This document shows, piece by piece, positions 37,940 through 49,562 of a stretch of DNA of 64,000 nt; positions within the stretch are counted from its first letter, which is position 1, and each line of letters opens with the position of its first letter. Position numbers and translations under genes: made by a program. Below the pieces are notes generated by a model. The model had not been told where the DNA came from. It made no database searches and saw only the letters and a list, made by a program, of their open reading frames with translations. The stretch spans positions 62,001-126,000 of the IMG/VR virus record IMGVR_UViG_3300035703_000006. One strand, 5' to 3'.

Positions 37940-38021
37940 CACTATTTTCAACGCAATCTGTATTTTTAGTCTCATAGCAATTTTTATAAATTGGGGACTT
38001 CACAATGCCTATCCACAATAA
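37932..38021 (+). CDS. Small membrane peptide (29 aa)
   Basis: Hydrophobic; ends WGLHNAYPQ. Confidence 0.45.
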   Translation: MSSTIFNAICIFSLIAIFINWGLHNAYPQ

Positions 38022-38202
38022 GAAGTATCAGTTTGCAATGTCGGCATTTGTAAGAATGTACGGGCATGGTGTGACTTATAATCATGATATCAGGCAGTTT
38101 TGTATAGAATGGTCTGAGTGGGGTGTAAATGCTCCTCTATCAGGTCTTGATGAGGTAGACCAATATTTTTACTATGAATATAAAAACTGGAGAGGTAGAT
38201 GA
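38005..38202 (+). CDS. Hypothetical protein
   Basis: Track ORF within a coupled array of small genes. Confidence 0.55.
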   Translation: MPIHNKKYQFAMSAFVRMYGHGVTYNHDIRQFCIEWSEWGVNAPLSGLDEVDQYFYYEYKNWRGR

Positions 38203-38321
38203 TTTTTCATATTGTAGAGGCACTTGCAGCAAGTCCGATCTGGTTAGGTCTTTGTGGAGGGGGATTGATTATTCCTCCAGTTATTGGTATAATTTTGATT
38301 CATAACTCATTTAAATCTTAG
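38199..38321 (+). CDS. Small membrane protein (40 aa)
   Basis: SPIWLGLCGGGLIIPPVIGIILIH; ATGA-coupled. Confidence 0.5.
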   Translation: MIFHIVEALAASPIWLGLCGGGLIIPPVIGIILIHNSFKS

Positions 38322-38332
38322 TAATTAATTTT

Positions 38333-39352
38333 ATGAAAAAAGTATTGGTCACTGGTGGTGCAGGATTTATTGCACATCATTTGATTTCTCAAATTATTAA
38401 AAACACTGATTGGGAAATTATTAGTTTAGATCGTCTTGATTTTAGTGGAAATTTAAATCGTCTTCATGATGTTCTTAAAGACTTTTCTGTTGAAGAAAAA
38501 TCAAGAGTGAAAGTTGTATTTCATGATTTAAAAGCAGCAATTAATCCACTCATTGCTGCTGATATTGGTAAAGTTGATTATATTTTGCATCTTGCTGCAG
38601 GTTCTCATGTAGATAGAAGTATAGAATATCCACTTGAATTTGTGATGGATAATGTTGTGGCAACATGCAATATTCTTGATTTTGCTAGAAGTCTTGATAA
38701 TCTTGAAAGATTTGTTTATTTTAGTACGGATGAAGTTTTTGGACCTGCTCCAAAAGGAATTAATTATCAAGAAAATGATAGATACAATTCAACAAATCCT
38801 TATAGTGCAACAAAAGCAGGTGGGGAAGAACTTGCAGTAGCATTTGAAAACACATATGGATTGCCTGTGTATATTACTCATACGATGAATGTCTTTGGGC
38901 AAAGACAGCATCCAGAAAAATACATTCCGATGTGCATTAAAAAAATTCGTGATGGAGAAACTATTACAATTCATAGTGATCCAAGTAAAACTATTCCTGG
39001 ATCAAGGCATTATATTCATGCAGAAGATGTCGCTGATGCTCTTTTGTTCCTTTTAAATCGACCTACAATTACTGAAAAAAATTGGGGAGATGCTAAATGC
39101 CCTAAATTTAATATTGTTGGAGCAGAGGAATTAAATAATCTTCAACTTGCACAAATAATTGCTGATGTTCAAGGAAGGGAATTGAAATACGAAATGATCG
39201 ATTTTCATTCTGCACGTCCTGGACACGATCTTCGTTATGCTTTGTCTGGTGAAAAAATGAAGCAAATAGGGTGGGTTCCTAAAGATATACGTGATAGAAT
39301 CCGTGAGGTTGTTGAATGGACTCTTGCAAATGAACGTTGGATTAAACTATGA
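38333..39352 (+). CDS. NDP-sugar 4,6-dehydratase (RmlB/RfbB-like SDR)
   Basis: [32 protein letters not shown] and [10 protein letters not shown] motifs. Confidence 0.88.
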   Translation: MKKVLVTGGAGFIAHHLISQIIKNTDWEIISLDRLDFSGNLNRLHDVLKDFSVEEKSRVKVVFHDLKAAINPLIAADIGKVDYILHLAAGSHVDRSIEYPLEFVMDNVVATCNILDFARSLDNLERFVYFSTDEVFGPAPKGINYQENDRYNSTNPYSATKAGGEELAVAFENTYGLPVYITHTMNVFGQRQHPEKYIPMCIKKIRDGETITIHSDPSKTIPGSRHYIHAEDVADALLFLLNRPTITEKNWGDAKCPKFNIVGAEELNNLQLAQIIADVQGRELKYEMIDFHSARPGHDLRYALSGEKMKQIGWVPKDIRDRIREVVEWTLANERWIKL

Positions 39353-40350
39353 AAATCGCACTCATCACTGGAATTACTGGGCAAGATGGTTCCTATCTTG
39401 CGGAATTACTTTTGGAAAAAAGATATGAAGTTCATGGTATTATTCGGAGGTCTTCTCTTATTAATACTCATAGAATTGATCATATTTACAACCGCATTAA
39501 ATTACATTATGGTGACCTCACCGACTCTACTAACTTAGTAAGAGTAATTCAGCAGGTACAACCTGATGAAATTTATAATCTTGGTGCCCAAAGTCATGTG
39601 AAAGTGTCTTTTGAGATGCCTGAATATACAGGTATGGTTGATGGTTTAGGGACTTTACGTGTTCTTGAGGCAGTGCGTCTCTTGGGTATGGAGAATAAAG
39701 TTCGCATCTATCAAGCATCAACTTCTGAAATGTTTGGTTTGGTTCAAGAAATACCCCAAAAGGAAACTACTCCATTTTACCCTCGTAGTCCTTACGGATG
39801 TGCAAAGGTTTATGGTTACTGGGTGACTAAAAACTATCGTGAGGCATATGGAATGTATGCTTGTACTGGAATTCTTTTTAATCACGAATCCCCTCGTCGT
39901 GGTGAAACCTTTGTCACTAGGAAAATAACTCGTGGACTCTCTCGTATTTCAGTTGGTATGCAAGATTGTTTGTATCTTGGAAATCTAAATGCAAAAAGAG
40001 ATTGGGGTCATGCTAAAGATTTTGTGAGGGCAATGTGGATGATGCTTCAGCAAGATAATCCAGAAGATTATGTAATTGCTACTGGAAAACAATATTCTGT
40101 AAAAGAATTTGTAAATGCTGCTGGACCTTATTTTGGACTTCATATAAATTGGGAAGGTGAAGGATTGGATGAAGTTGGAATTGAAAAATTTAGTGGAAGA
40201 CCAATCATTAAAGTTGATTCAAAATACTTTAGACCAACAGAAGTAGAAACTTTACTTGGTGATGCATCAAAAGCAAAAAACGAATTAGGTTGGGAACCAG
40301 AGATTTCTTTTGATCAATTAGTTGAGGATATGTGTATTCATGGACAATAA
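39349..40350 (+). CDS. gmd: GDP-mannose 4,6-dehydratase
   Basis: [48 protein letters not shown] and RDWGHAKD motifs. Confidence 0.97.
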   Translation: MKIALITGITGQDGSYLAELLLEKRYEVHGIIRRSSLINTHRIDHIYNRIKLHYGDLTDSTNLVRVIQQVQPDEIYNLGAQSHVKVSFEMPEYTGMVDGLGTLRVLEAVRLLGMENKVRIYQASTSEMFGLVQEIPQKETTPFYPRSPYGCAKVYGYWVTKNYREAYGMYACTGILFNHESPRRGETFVTRKITRGLSRISVGMQDCLYLGNLNAKRDWGHAKDFVRAMWMMLQQDNPEDYVIATGKQYSVKEFVNAAGPYFGLHINWEGEGLDEVGIEKFSGRPIIKVDSKYFRPTEVETLLGDASKAKNELGWEPEISFDQLVEDMCIHGQ

Positions 40351-41260
40351 TTCTAAAGTATTGGTTGCTGGTGCCAATGGAATGGTTGGATCAGCAATCG
40401 TGAGAAACCTTGAAAGTAAAGGGTACACCAATATCATTAAAGGAACCCGTGATGATGTTGACTTCACGAATCAAGATGAAACGGAAAGATATTTCTATTC
40501 AGAAGAACCTGAGTATGTCTTTGTTGCTGCTGCTAAGGTTGGTGGCATTATGGCAAACAATAACTATAAGGCAGATTTTTTGACTGAGAATCTTCAAATT
40601 CAAACTAATTTGATTCAACAATCTTATAATTATGGAGTAAAGAAACTTTTGTTCCTAGGTTCTTCCTGCATCTATCCTAAGTTTGCAACTCAACCAATCA
40701 TGGAAGATCAATTGATGACTGGTTCTTTAGAACCAACTAATGATGCTTATGCGATTGCTAAGATTGCTGGTATTATGATGTGCCAAGCATATCGTCAGCA
40801 GCACGGGTTTAATGCCATCTCACTGATGCCTACGAATCTTTATGGTCCTAATGATAACTTTGATTTAGAGACCTCACACGTCCTTCCTGCAATGATTGCG
40901 AAGTTTCATAATGCCAAAGAATCTGTAACCCTTTGGGGTGATGGTTCTGCGATGCGTGAGTTTCTTCACGTCGATGATTTAGCAGAAGCATGTTATGTTT
41001 GTATGCAGAACTATGATGGACCAGGGCATATTAATGTTGGTACAGGTGAAGATGTTAGAATTTGGGAACTTGCAAATATTATTGCCGATGTCGTTGGTTA
41101 TGATCGTGATATTAACTGGGATTTTACTAAACCAAATGGAACTCCTAGAAAAGTTCTTAATGTAGATAAAATTAAGTCTTTTGGATGGGAACCAAAAATA
41201 ACTCTTAAAGAAGGAATTAAAAGTACTTATCAATGGTATGTTGAAAATGTTGTCTCATAA
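40340..41260 (+). CDS. fcl: GDP-L-fucose synthase
   Basis: [49 protein letters not shown] and REFLHVDD motifs. Confidence 0.96.
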   Translation: MDNNSKVLVAGANGMVGSAIVRNLESKGYTNIIKGTRDDVDFTNQDETERYFYSEEPEYVFVAAAKVGGIMANNNYKADFLTENLQIQTNLIQQSYNYGVKKLLFLGSSCIYPKFATQPIMEDQLMTGSLEPTNDAYAIAKIAGIMMCQAYRQQHGFNAISLMPTNLYGPNDNFDLETSHVLPAMIAKFHNAKESVTLWGDGSAMREFLHVDDLAEACYVCMQNYDGPGHINVGTGEDVRIWELANIIADVVGYDRDINWDFTKPNGTPRKVLNVDKIKSFGWEPKITLKEGIKSTYQWYVENVVS

Positions 41261-42047
41261 TTTTCCAAACATTTATTGTGCGAGTTTAAAAGAAAGCACT
41301 GAAAGACAAGAAAACATAAGAAAACAATTTTTAGAAAATAATATTGAGTCATTTCAATTTCTTTTATCGGAAAGATTTGAAAATACTAATGATATAATTG
41401 AAGGTGAAAAGACTTTTTATCTTGATGATGGAACAAAGGGAGCAGTAACCTCACATCTAAGAATGATTAAGCATTGGTACTACAATACTAATGAACCTTA
41501 TGGATTTTTCTGTGAAGATGATTTAAGTTTAGAAACAATTAAATGTTGGAATTTTACTTGGGATGAATTTGTTAAAAATTTACCAAAAGATTGGGATTGT
41601 ATTCAATTAATGTGTGCAAGTGAAAATGCTGGTGACATAAGACTTAGAAAAAGAAACTGGGATGATTTTTCTGTTGGTGCTTATATCTTGACAAGAAAAT
41701 TTGCAAAAGTGTTAATTGACACTTTTATTAAAGATAATAAATTTTTACTTGAGTTTCCAGATAATCCAGATTGGGTTCCTTTGGCAGAACATTTGATTTA
41801 TTATACTCCTAAAAGTGTTATAGATAGTGTAGAATTGCAATATAATGTTTTTGTACTTCCTTTATTTGTAGAAGAAATAAAATTTAATACTACATTTTTT
41901 GATAGAAAATCAAAATATTGGGGAGAAGATACTGGAGTATATCAAGAAACTCACAAAGGACATCATATTGATTCTTACCATAAAGTTTTAAATTGGTGGA
42001 AAACAACTGGTAAAAATTTAACCATTCAAGAAATTATGAATTTATGA
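41238..42047 (+). CDS. Glycosyltransferase family 25-like
   Basis: GAVTSHLRMIK, CEDD, WDCIQL and GAYILTR motifs. Confidence 0.75.
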   Translation: MLKMLSHNFPNIYCASLKESTERQENIRKQFLENNIESFQFLLSERFENTNDIIEGEKTFYLDDGTKGAVTSHLRMIKHWYYNTNEPYGFFCEDDLSLETIKCWNFTWDEFVKNLPKDWDCIQLMCASENAGDIRLRKRNWDDFSVGAYILTRKFAKVLIDTFIKDNKFLLEFPDNPDWVPLAEHLIYYTPKSVIDSVELQYNVFVLPLFVEEIKFNTTFFDRKSKYWGEDTGVYQETHKGHHIDSYHKVLNWWKTTGKNLTIQEIMNL

Positions 42048-42709
42048 AATTTTTAACATTTTTAAATAGTGGGTGTATTGAAATATGTAAAAATATGTTG
42101 AAGTCTGCTGAAAATGTAGACATTAATATGGACGATTTTTATATTGCTTGTTTGGATGAGAATTCTTATCAACATTTTAAGCAATATAAAAATTCTTTTT
42201 TGCATATTGATCAACCCATTCTGGAATATCAAGATTGGACCTTTGATGAAAATAGTGGTTTTCGTCAAATTGTAAAAAATAAATGGAAAATTATTCAAAA
42301 AATTTATCAAGAACACAAACAATTATGTTGGGTTGACACTGACATTGTTTTTGTTCAAAACCCTGTAGAATCTATATCTGGACACCAAGAAGTTTTGTTT
42401 CAAGGTGATTCCCCTGGATCTACTTTGTGTTCTGGGTTTATGGTTTTTAATGACACAAAAGAGTGTGAAGATATCGTAAATGAATGTGCTTTGATTTCAA
42501 ATGCTGATGATCAATTAGTTATTAATGAGATAGCATTAAAAAAATATTCAACTTCTATTGCAATTTTAAATCGTGACTTGTTTCCAAATGGATATGCATA
42601 TTATACTGAGGGTAAGAAAGAAAATGCTTTAATTGTTCATAATAATTGGATGGTTGGTGTTGATACTAAAATTCAAAAATTTAAGGAGGAAAACTTATGG
42701 TACTTATGA
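42044..42709 (+). CDS. Nucleotide-diphospho-sugar transferase (GT77-like)
   Basis: DTD, CSGF, DDQ, LFPNG and HNNW motifs. Confidence 0.75.
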   Translation: MKFLTFLNSGCIEICKNMLKSAENVDINMDDFYIACLDENSYQHFKQYKNSFLHIDQPILEYQDWTFDENSGFRQIVKNKWKIIQKIYQEHKQLCWVDTDIVFVQNPVESISGHQEVLFQGDSPGSTLCSGFMVFNDTKECEDIVNECALISNADDQLVINEIALKKYSTSIAILNRDLFPNGYAYYTEGKKENALIVHNNWMVGVDTKIQKFKEENLWYL

Positions 42710-43566
42710 AGAATGATGCATTGAGACCTGCATCAATATCTCCAACTTATCCTCCATATCATACTGGAGAGTATCTAGAAGAATATTTTTTTAGAAGATG
42801 GAATGAAGAAAATATTCAAACAAATAGAGAATATATTGATGTTTTTTGGACAAATAATTTTTGCAATGCAACTTTTGCTGGACAAACATATCAAAATATT
42901 CAAGAAGAATTAAACAATACACTTTTGCCCAATGGAAAATATTTTACAGTTTCCCAATTTGATGATGGACCTTTTGAAAAATTTCCAGAAGATACTTTGA
43001 TTTTTTCTGCAGGTGGCAATCGGGAAGGGAAAAATATTATTCCGATTCCTTTAATTTGTAGTCCAATTCCAAAAGATTTAATTGAACAAAAAGAAAAAAC
43101 TATTTTTTGTTCATTTGTTGGGTCTAGAAATACTCATCACATTCGTATGGATATGTGTAAGTATCTTTCAGATAAAGAAGGATATGAAATATCTGCAGGA
43201 AACTGGTCTACTGAAGTCCCTATGGATAATCTTAAAAGATTTGTTGACATAACTTGCTCAAGTAAATTTGCACTTGCTCCAAGGGGATATGGAAAGCAAA
43301 GTTTTAGAATGTATGAAATTCTTCAACTTGGGGCAGTTCCTGTTTATGTTTCTGATGAACATTATCTTCCTTGGATGGATGAATTGGATTGGAATGAGTT
43401 TTGTGTTCCTATCAATGAAGATGAAATTGAAGAAATTGATATTATATTAAAATCTATTTCTGATGTAGAATATAATAAATTGTTGGAGAATGGAAAAAAA
43501 GTTTATCAAGAGTACTTTACTCTTGAAGGTATGTTTGAAAACATTGTGAAGAGGATTTTAAAATGA
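42697..43566 (+). CDS. Exostosin-like (GT47) glycosyltransferase
   Basis: SKFALAPRGYG..SFRMYE....GAVPV..SDEHYLP. Confidence 0.8.
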   Translation: MVLMKNDALRPASISPTYPPYHTGEYLEEYFFRRWNEENIQTNREYIDVFWTNNFCNATFAGQTYQNIQEELNNTLLPNGKYFTVSQFDDGPFEKFPEDTLIFSAGGNREGKNIIPIPLICSPIPKDLIEQKEKTIFCSFVGSRNTHHIRMDMCKYLSDKEGYEISAGNWSTEVPMDNLKRFVDITCSSKFALAPRGYGKQSFRMYEILQLGAVPVYVSDEHYLPWMDELDWNEFCVPINEDEIEEIDIILKSISDVEYNKLLENGKKVYQEYFTLEGMFENIVKRILK

Positions 43567-44336
43567 AATATTTTATGGTAATAGCTTCTTATCCGGATTG
43601 GAGGCAAGATTTTTTCAATGAAAATATGTCTCCAAGAAATAAAGAGTATTGTAAACTTCATGATTTTGAATACATAGAAATTACAGAAAAACTTGAACCA
43701 ATAAGAGGTAGAGTTGGTTGGATTAAAGCATTTAAAGTACAAGAATTGTTAAAAACAACTTTAAAAGATGGTGATGTTTTAACGTGTCTTGATGCCGATA
43801 TGGCAATTGTAAAAAAAGAAATTTTATATGCTCCTGATGAAAATAAATCTTTTGCTTATGCAATTGATTCTGGAAATACTCATTGTATGGGTTCTTATTC
43901 TCTCCGTGCAAATGATTGGAGTAGAAAATTATTTGATCTAATTGTTGATGAAAACAGATATAATTTTCTCAATGATCAAATGACAATTCATGAAAGATTT
44001 GGAACATATAGTAGTTTTTGGAAAGAATTTTATGATCAAGCATCTTGGTATTCTTTGGCTGGAATTAAAAGACATTCTGACAAATCTTTTTGGGAATATT
44101 CTGATTATGGATGGCATTCGGATAAAACAGCAACCGGTAAAGTCAATGAATGGTGCGAATATACATTAGAAGAATTACATGAGAATGTTCAAATTTTTCC
44201 AACGTCTTGGAACGTCACAGAACTTGAAGGGGAATCCTCTTGTGAATTCCTAATAAATAAAACACCAAGAGAAGATGTGATTATTCGTCATTTTGCTGGT
44301 GGACAACAATGGAGAAAGGAGTGGTTTAACCAATGA
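43563..44336 (+). CDS. Glycosyltransferase (GT34/MNN10-like GT-A)
   Basis: GWIKA, LDADMAI DxD, DQ and RHFAGG motifs. Confidence 0.6.
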   Translation: MKYFMVIASYPDWRQDFFNENMSPRNKEYCKLHDFEYIEITEKLEPIRGRVGWIKAFKVQELLKTTLKDGDVLTCLDADMAIVKKEILYAPDENKSFAYAIDSGNTHCMGSYSLRANDWSRKLFDLIVDENRYNFLNDQMTIHERFGTYSSFWKEFYDQASWYSLAGIKRHSDKSFWEYSDYGWHSDKTATGKVNEWCEYTLEELHENVQIFPTSWNVTELEGESSCEFLINKTPREDVIIRHFAGGQQWRKEWFNQ

Positions 44337-44956
44337 AAAAAGTTTTTTTGGATTGTGGTACTAATCTTGGACAAGGATTTTTGCAATTTTTAGATAAAAA
44401 GATAATAGATGAGACTTTTGAAATTCATTGTTTTGAACCAAATCCTCATGCCTTAGAATTTTCAAAAAAAAGATTTTCTGAAAAAGAATACGAAAAATAT
44501 AAAATAAATTATCATGAAGTTGCTTTATGGATTGAAGAATGTACTAAAGTATTGACTTTGGAATCATTTGATGGTGAATATTATGATCAACATACCGGTC
44601 AATATCTTGGAAGTGATTTAAAATCTGGTGGAGCTACAAATATTATGGGAGATCTTTGGGAAAAACCACAATGGATAAAGGACGAATGGTTATTCAAAGA
44701 TATTGAAGTTAATTGTATTAATTTTTCTAATTTTTTGAAAAAAAATATTAGTGAAAATGATTATGTAATTTGTAAAATGGATATTGAAGGATCTGAGTAT
44801 GAAGTTCTTGGAAAAATGATAGACGATGGTACGATTGATTTAATCAATGAAATTTATATTGAGTGGCATAATCATATGTTAAAGGAAAACTATAATGATC
44901 AAATTTTTATTGATGAAATGAAAAAAAGAAATATTAAGGTTGGTGATTGGATTTGA
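44333..44956 (+). CDS. FkbM-family methyltransferase
   Basis: LDCGTNLG, FEPNP, KMDIEGSEY and EWH motifs. Confidence 0.85.
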   Translation: MKKVFLDCGTNLGQGFLQFLDKKIIDETFEIHCFEPNPHALEFSKKRFSEKEYEKYKINYHEVALWIEECTKVLTLESFDGEYYDQHTGQYLGSDLKSGGATNIMGDLWEKPQWIKDEWLFKDIEVNCINFSNFLKKNISENDYVICKMDIEGSEYEVLGKMIDDGTIDLINEIYIEWHNHMLKENYNDQIFIDEMKKRNIKVGDWI

Positions 44957-45579
44957 TTATGAAAACGTTTATATGTCATTGGAAAAAGTTAAAAGAAAGA
45001 AAAAAATATATTTTAGAAGTTTTAGAAGAAGAAAAAATTTTTGATTATGAGTTTGTAACAGATTTTGACACTAATGATTGGGATATTGATGCTATTAAAT
45101 TAGAATATCCAAATATATTTGGGAATAATCCTTGTGGAAGAAAATTAAAATATTCCGAAATCTCATTATCCCTTAAGCACATTAAAATTATAAAAGATAT
45201 ATTTTTAAATTATGATTATGCTCTAATATTGGAAGATGATGTTATTCTTTGTGATGATTTTAAGGAAGAATTTGAAAAATCTTTTTCTCAGTTACCAAAT
45301 GATTGGGATTTAGCTTGGGTTGGTACATGTTGCAATTTACATGCTCCAATTGTTGGGCAACAAAGGGTATATAAAATGAATGGATCAAGATGTACTCATG
45401 CTTATATTATGAGCAAGAAATGTGCTTCCAAAATATTAGAAGAATTGAAATATTGTAATGATGGAGCAGATTTTTATTATAATTATTTAATAGAAAAATT
45501 TAATTTAAATAACTATTGGTTTGAACCTTCACTAGCAATTCAAAATCCTAATTACAAGACTACAATTCAAAATAATTAA
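44947..45579 (+). CDS. Glycosyltransferase family 25-like
   Basis: SLSLKH, ALILEDDV and CTHAYIMSK motifs. Confidence 0.8.
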   Translation: MDLIMKTFICHWKKLKERKKYILEVLEEEKIFDYEFVTDFDTNDWDIDAIKLEYPNIFGNNPCGRKLKYSEISLSLKHIKIIKDIFLNYDYALILEDDVILCDDFKEEFEKSFSQLPNDWDLAWVGTCCNLHAPIVGQQRVYKMNGSRCTHAYIMSKKCASKILEELKYCNDGADFYYNYLIEKFNLNNYWFEPSLAIQNPNYKTTIQNN

Positions 45580-45580
45580 T

Positions 45581-46435
45581 ATGAAAATTTCTTTTGTTGA
45601 TTTTTGGCAGTACCCAAAACAATTTGATCCAAATAATAATTTTTTTATCCATAGCATTAAAAAACTTTTTGAAAATGTTGAAGTTGTTGACCCAGAAGAT
45701 GCTGATGTAATGTTTTTTAGCGTTTTTGGTAATGAAAATTTAATGTATAAAAATTGTAAAAAAATATTTTTTACAGGAGAAAATTTAAAACCAGATTTTA
45801 AAAAATGTGATTACTCTTTAAGTTTTGAGTTTGATAATTACGATGGTAAAAATTTTAGATTACCTTTATGGTATCTTTATATTGATTGGTTTGGTGTTGG
45901 TAGTTATGGAAATCCTGATTGGTTAATACCAGAAAATTACCTTTATCAAGAGAATGAGTTCACGAAAAAGAAGAAAAATAATTTTTGTACAATAGTTTAT
46001 GGTTCTCCCGTCGAATCTAGAATTAATGCCATTCAAAAAATATCAAAGTATAAAAAAGTAGATGTATTTGGAAAAGCAAATCGAAATCACTATCTTCCAG
46101 ATGGGGAAAAATACAAATTAAATTTGTTATCTGATTATAAATTTTCTTTATGTTATGAGAATTCTGTTTCTCCTGGTTATCATACAGAAAAATTATTGCA
46201 CGGAAAAGTTGCGGGAAATGTTCCAATATACTATGGAAGTGAGACCGTCAATAATGATTTTAACTCTAAGTGTTTTATTAATACAATAAATATGACAGAT
46301 GAGCAATTTGTTGATATAATTGAACAAATTGATAAAGATTCAGGATATTATTGTTCAATAAGTAAAGAACCTTTATTTAAAAATAAAATCAATATTAATT
46401 CTGTGATCGAAAATTTCTATAAAATTTTAAATTAA
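45581..46435 (+). CDS. Alpha-1,3-fucosyltransferase (GT10)
   Basis: FFTGEN, YKFSLCYENS...GYHTEK and PIYYG motifs. Confidence 0.88.
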   Translation: MKISFVDFWQYPKQFDPNNNFFIHSIKKLFENVEVVDPEDADVMFFSVFGNENLMYKNCKKIFFTGENLKPDFKKCDYSLSFEFDNYDGKNFRLPLWYLYIDWFGVGSYGNPDWLIPENYLYQENEFTKKKKNNFCTIVYGSPVESRINAIQKISKYKKVDVFGKANRNHYLPDGEKYKLNLLSDYKFSLCYENSVSPGYHTEKLLHGKVAGNVPIYYGSETVNNDFNSKCFINTINMTDEQFVDIIEQIDKDSGYYCSISKEPLFKNKININSVIENFYKILN

Positions 46436-46446
46436 GGAGAATTGAA

Positions 46447-46989
46447 ATGCCATTAAATCCTGATGGAAATTTATTAAATGAATATGTTAAAAATAGAAAA
46501 ATAAAAGTTTTTATTGAGACTGGGACAGCAGATGGTGATGGAGTACAATGTGCTTTAGATGCTGGATTTGAAAAAATTTATAGTATTGAATTAAATTCAA
46601 GTCTTTTTGAAAAATGCAAAAAAAGATTTGAAAATAATGAAAACGTTAATTTAATATGTGGAAGTTCTGAAATTGAATTGCCAAAAATATTGGAAAATAT
46701 TGATGAATCTTTTGTTCTATGGTTGGATGCACATTTTTCTGGAGGTGATTATATTGGTGAATTGATGGATATATATTTACCTAAAGAAATAACATCTATA
46801 ATAAAATTTTCAAAAAAGTTTGAAAATAGTGTTGTTATGATAGACGATATGAATCATTTTAAAAATAATAATGGTTTTTATAATCAAATTGAAAATCTTA
46901 TAAATCAACTTAAAGGTACAGGAGAAATTAGATACTATGATTATTTGTGTCCAACACATTTAGTGTCTACTTATTTGATTAAAGATTAA
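46447..46989 (+). CDS. Class I SAM-dependent methyltransferase-like protein
   Basis: FIETGT..GDG, SIEL, GSS, WLDAH and IDD motifs. Confidence 0.7.
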   Translation: MPLNPDGNLLNEYVKNRKIKVFIETGTADGDGVQCALDAGFEKIYSIELNSSLFEKCKKRFENNENVNLICGSSEIELPKILENIDESFVLWLDAHFSGGDYIGELMDIYLPKEITSIIKFSKKFENSVVMIDDMNHFKNNNGFYNQIENLINQLKGTGEIRYYDYLCPTHLVSTYLIKD

Positions 46990-46999
46990 ATTTAAAATT

Positions 47000-47824
47000 A
47001 TGGAAAATATTACTATAGTGACAGCATTTTATGATATTGGAAGAGAAGATTGGAGTTCTTATAGTAGAAAAAATGAAGAATACTTTCGTTGTTTTAAATT
47101 ATTATGCCAATTGAAAAATAAAATTATAGTATTCAGTCAAAGTAAATTCAAAAAACAATTTGATGATATTATAGACAATATCAAATCTGATTTAATAGTT
47201 TTTTATGATGATAAAATTATTGACAATGAATTATATATTAAAAAAATAAATAAAATTCAAAAAAGTTCAGAATATTTGGATGGTATTTTGACACCAAATT
47301 GTCCAGAGTATTGGAATCCTTATTATGTTTATGTAAATTTTTTAAAAAGCGATTTTTGTTTGGAGGCAATAAAAAGAGTTCCTGAAATTGGTGATTTTGT
47401 ATCTTGGATAGATTTTGGATATGTAAAAAAACAAGAACAAATTCCAAATTCTAAACTATGGAGTTATGACTTTGACGATAAAATACACTTTTGGTGTATA
47501 AAAGATATACCTCAAGAAATAAATTTAGTTCATACAATTAAAACTAATACTGTTTATATTCAGGGATGCCATATTGTAGCGACAAAAAATAAATGGATTA
47601 TTTTAAATGAATTAATGAATAATCAAATTGAATATTTATTTTTAAATAACTTAATTGATGACGATCAAACACTAATGTTGATGTCTTATATTTCTGATAT
47701 AAAAAACTTTAAAATACATAGTGAGAATATAAATTATCAAGATTTGGATTGGTTTTTTATATTTCAATATTATAATAAAAATTGTGATTTGGATAGAAAA
47801 CAAGAAATGGAGTTTCGTAAATGA
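47000..47824 (+). CDS. HtrL/YibB (WlaTC)-like glycan protein
   Basis: TIVTAFYDIGR, WIDFG and DDDQ motifs. Confidence 0.75.
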   Translation: MENITIVTAFYDIGREDWSSYSRKNEEYFRCFKLLCQLKNKIIVFSQSKFKKQFDDIIDNIKSDLIVFYDDKIIDNELYIKKINKIQKSSEYLDGILTPNCPEYWNPYYVYVNFLKSDFCLEAIKRVPEIGDFVSWIDFGYVKKQEQIPNSKLWSYDFDDKIHFWCIKDIPQEINLVHTIKTNTVYIQGCHIVATKNKWIILNELMNNQIEYLFLNNLIDDDQTLMLMSYISDIKNFKIHSENINYQDLDWFFIFQYYNKNCDLDRKQEMEFRK

Positions 47825-48714
47825 AATTTTTAATGTTAACCAAACCAGATCATGGTGAATATCTCTCTGACATGGTTTTGCACGCTTTTAGATTTTCGGA
47901 GCATGAAATAATTGACTATCCTAGATCTTGGTATATGTATAAAGAGGATCTAAATAAAGATAATTTTGATCCTGTTGGTAAAGTTTCTGGAAATGGATTT
48001 ACATTATTTGGTACTTTACCTAAAGACAATTCGGTGGATCGAGATGATATTGAAAATAAAATTATAAATTCTTATTTTGATTATATTATTTTCCAGAGAT
48101 GTGATTTTAGTTATGATTTGGAAGAACTAGTTTTTGAATATTATTCAAATGATAAAATAATTTTACTAGATGGTCATGATGTTGATTATTTGTTTACTAA
48201 TAGAATAAATAAAGGAATTTATTTTAAAAGAGAATATACTTCATATTCCGATAAAGTATATCCAATTTCTTTTGCTTTTCCTAAGGAAAAAATAAATTTA
48301 TATTCCGAGGAAAAAACAAAGAATATTTCGGATATCATTCCAGGGCAAACTACTTTAGGCACTTACAAATATTTGACTGAAGAAAGTTATTATAGAGAAT
48401 ATTTACAAAGTAATTTTGCCTTAACTATGAAAAAATCTGGTTGGGATTGTATGAGGCATTATGAAATTATAGCTAATAAATGTATTCCTATTTTTCAAAA
48501 TATTGAGTATTGTCCAACTGAAACAATGAAAACACTTCCAAAAGATTTATTTTTCAAAGTTAATTGTTATATCAATGAAAAAGGAGTGGAATGGTTTTCT
48601 GAAAATCAGATTTATGAAGAAATGAATAATCAAATATTTAATCATTTTGTTGATAAATGCACAACCGAAAAACTATCTGAGTATATTTTAAATGTTATTG
48701 GAGAAATAAAATGA
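47821..48714 (+). CDS. Putative glycosyltransferase (GT-B-like)
   Basis: Y...SNFALT.KKSGWDCMRHYEI.A..CIP C-terminal motif. Confidence 0.55.
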   Translation: MKFLMLTKPDHGEYLSDMVLHAFRFSEHEIIDYPRSWYMYKEDLNKDNFDPVGKVSGNGFTLFGTLPKDNSVDRDDIENKIINSYFDYIIFQRCDFSYDLEELVFEYYSNDKIILLDGHDVDYLFTNRINKGIYFKREYTSYSDKVYPISFAFPKEKINLYSEEKTKNISDIIPGQTTLGTYKYLTEESYYREYLQSNFALTMKKSGWDCMRHYEIIANKCIPIFQNIEYCPTETMKTLPKDLFFKVNCYINEKGVEWFSENQIYEEMNNQIFNHFVDKCTTEKLSEYILNVIGEIK

Positions 48715-49562
48715 TTAGTGTTTCACTTTATGGAAGATTGGGAAATCATTTATTTCAATATGCCGTTTGTAGGACAATAGCAGAAACTAATTCATATGAG
48801 TATCATATACCTAGAAATTTTCTTGGAATTTTTTTTGGATGTAATTTGGGTGTTGAAAACGATAATACTAATAAAGTATATCCAAAATTAAATAATCATG
48901 ATGCAATTCAGAGATATGATGAAAAAATGATGAGTATTGCAGATGGAACTAAACTTGAAGGATATTTTCAAACGGAAAAATACTTTTTGCACAATAGAGA
49001 AAATATTTTAAAGTGGTTTTATGTTCCTGATAATCCTTCATTGATGCAAGAACTTGAAATTGATGACAATACTTGTGTGTTGAATATTAGGGGAAATGAA
49101 TATAAGAATATAAAAGATGTTTTTCTAAACATTGATTTTTGGAAACATTCTATGGATTATATGAAAAAAATAAATCCAAATATAAAGTTTTTAATTGTTA
49201 CTGATGATTTAGAATTATCTAGAAATTGGTTCCCAGATATTAAAGTTTATCATGGTGGAACAGTAAATGATTTTACTTTAATTAATAAAGCAAAATATTT
49301 AATCATTGCAAACTCTACTTTTTCTTGGTGGGCTGCATGGTTAAATGAAAATGCAAATCTTATAATAGCACCAAAATACTGGTTTAGATATAATGTTAGT
49401 GAATCTTTTTGGTCACCAGGGGATGCAATAACAAAAAAATTTAGTTACATGGATAGAAGTGGAAGTCTTCAAACTAGTGAAGAATGCGAAAAAGAAATTA
49501 CAGAAAAAAATTATGAAGATCTTGCTGAATATTTAATTAGTATTGGATGTGAAGTAGCATGA
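48711..49562 (+). CDS. Alpha-1,2-fucosyltransferase (GT11)
   Basis: GRLGNHLFQYA, GYFQ, (H/N)IRG and IIANSTFSWWAAWL motifs. Confidence 0.88.
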   Translation: MISVSLYGRLGNHLFQYAVCRTIAETNSYEYHIPRNFLGIFFGCNLGVENDNTNKVYPKLNNHDAIQRYDEKMMSIADGTKLEGYFQTEKYFLHNRENILKWFYVPDNPSLMQELEIDDNTCVLNIRGNEYKNIKDVFLNIDFWKHSMDYMKKINPNIKFLIVTDDLELSRNWFPDIKVYHGGTVNDFTLINKAKYLIIANSTFSWWAAWLNENANLIIAPKYWFRYNVSESFWSPGDAITKKFSYMDRSGSLQTSEECEKEITEKNYEDLAEYLISIGCEVA

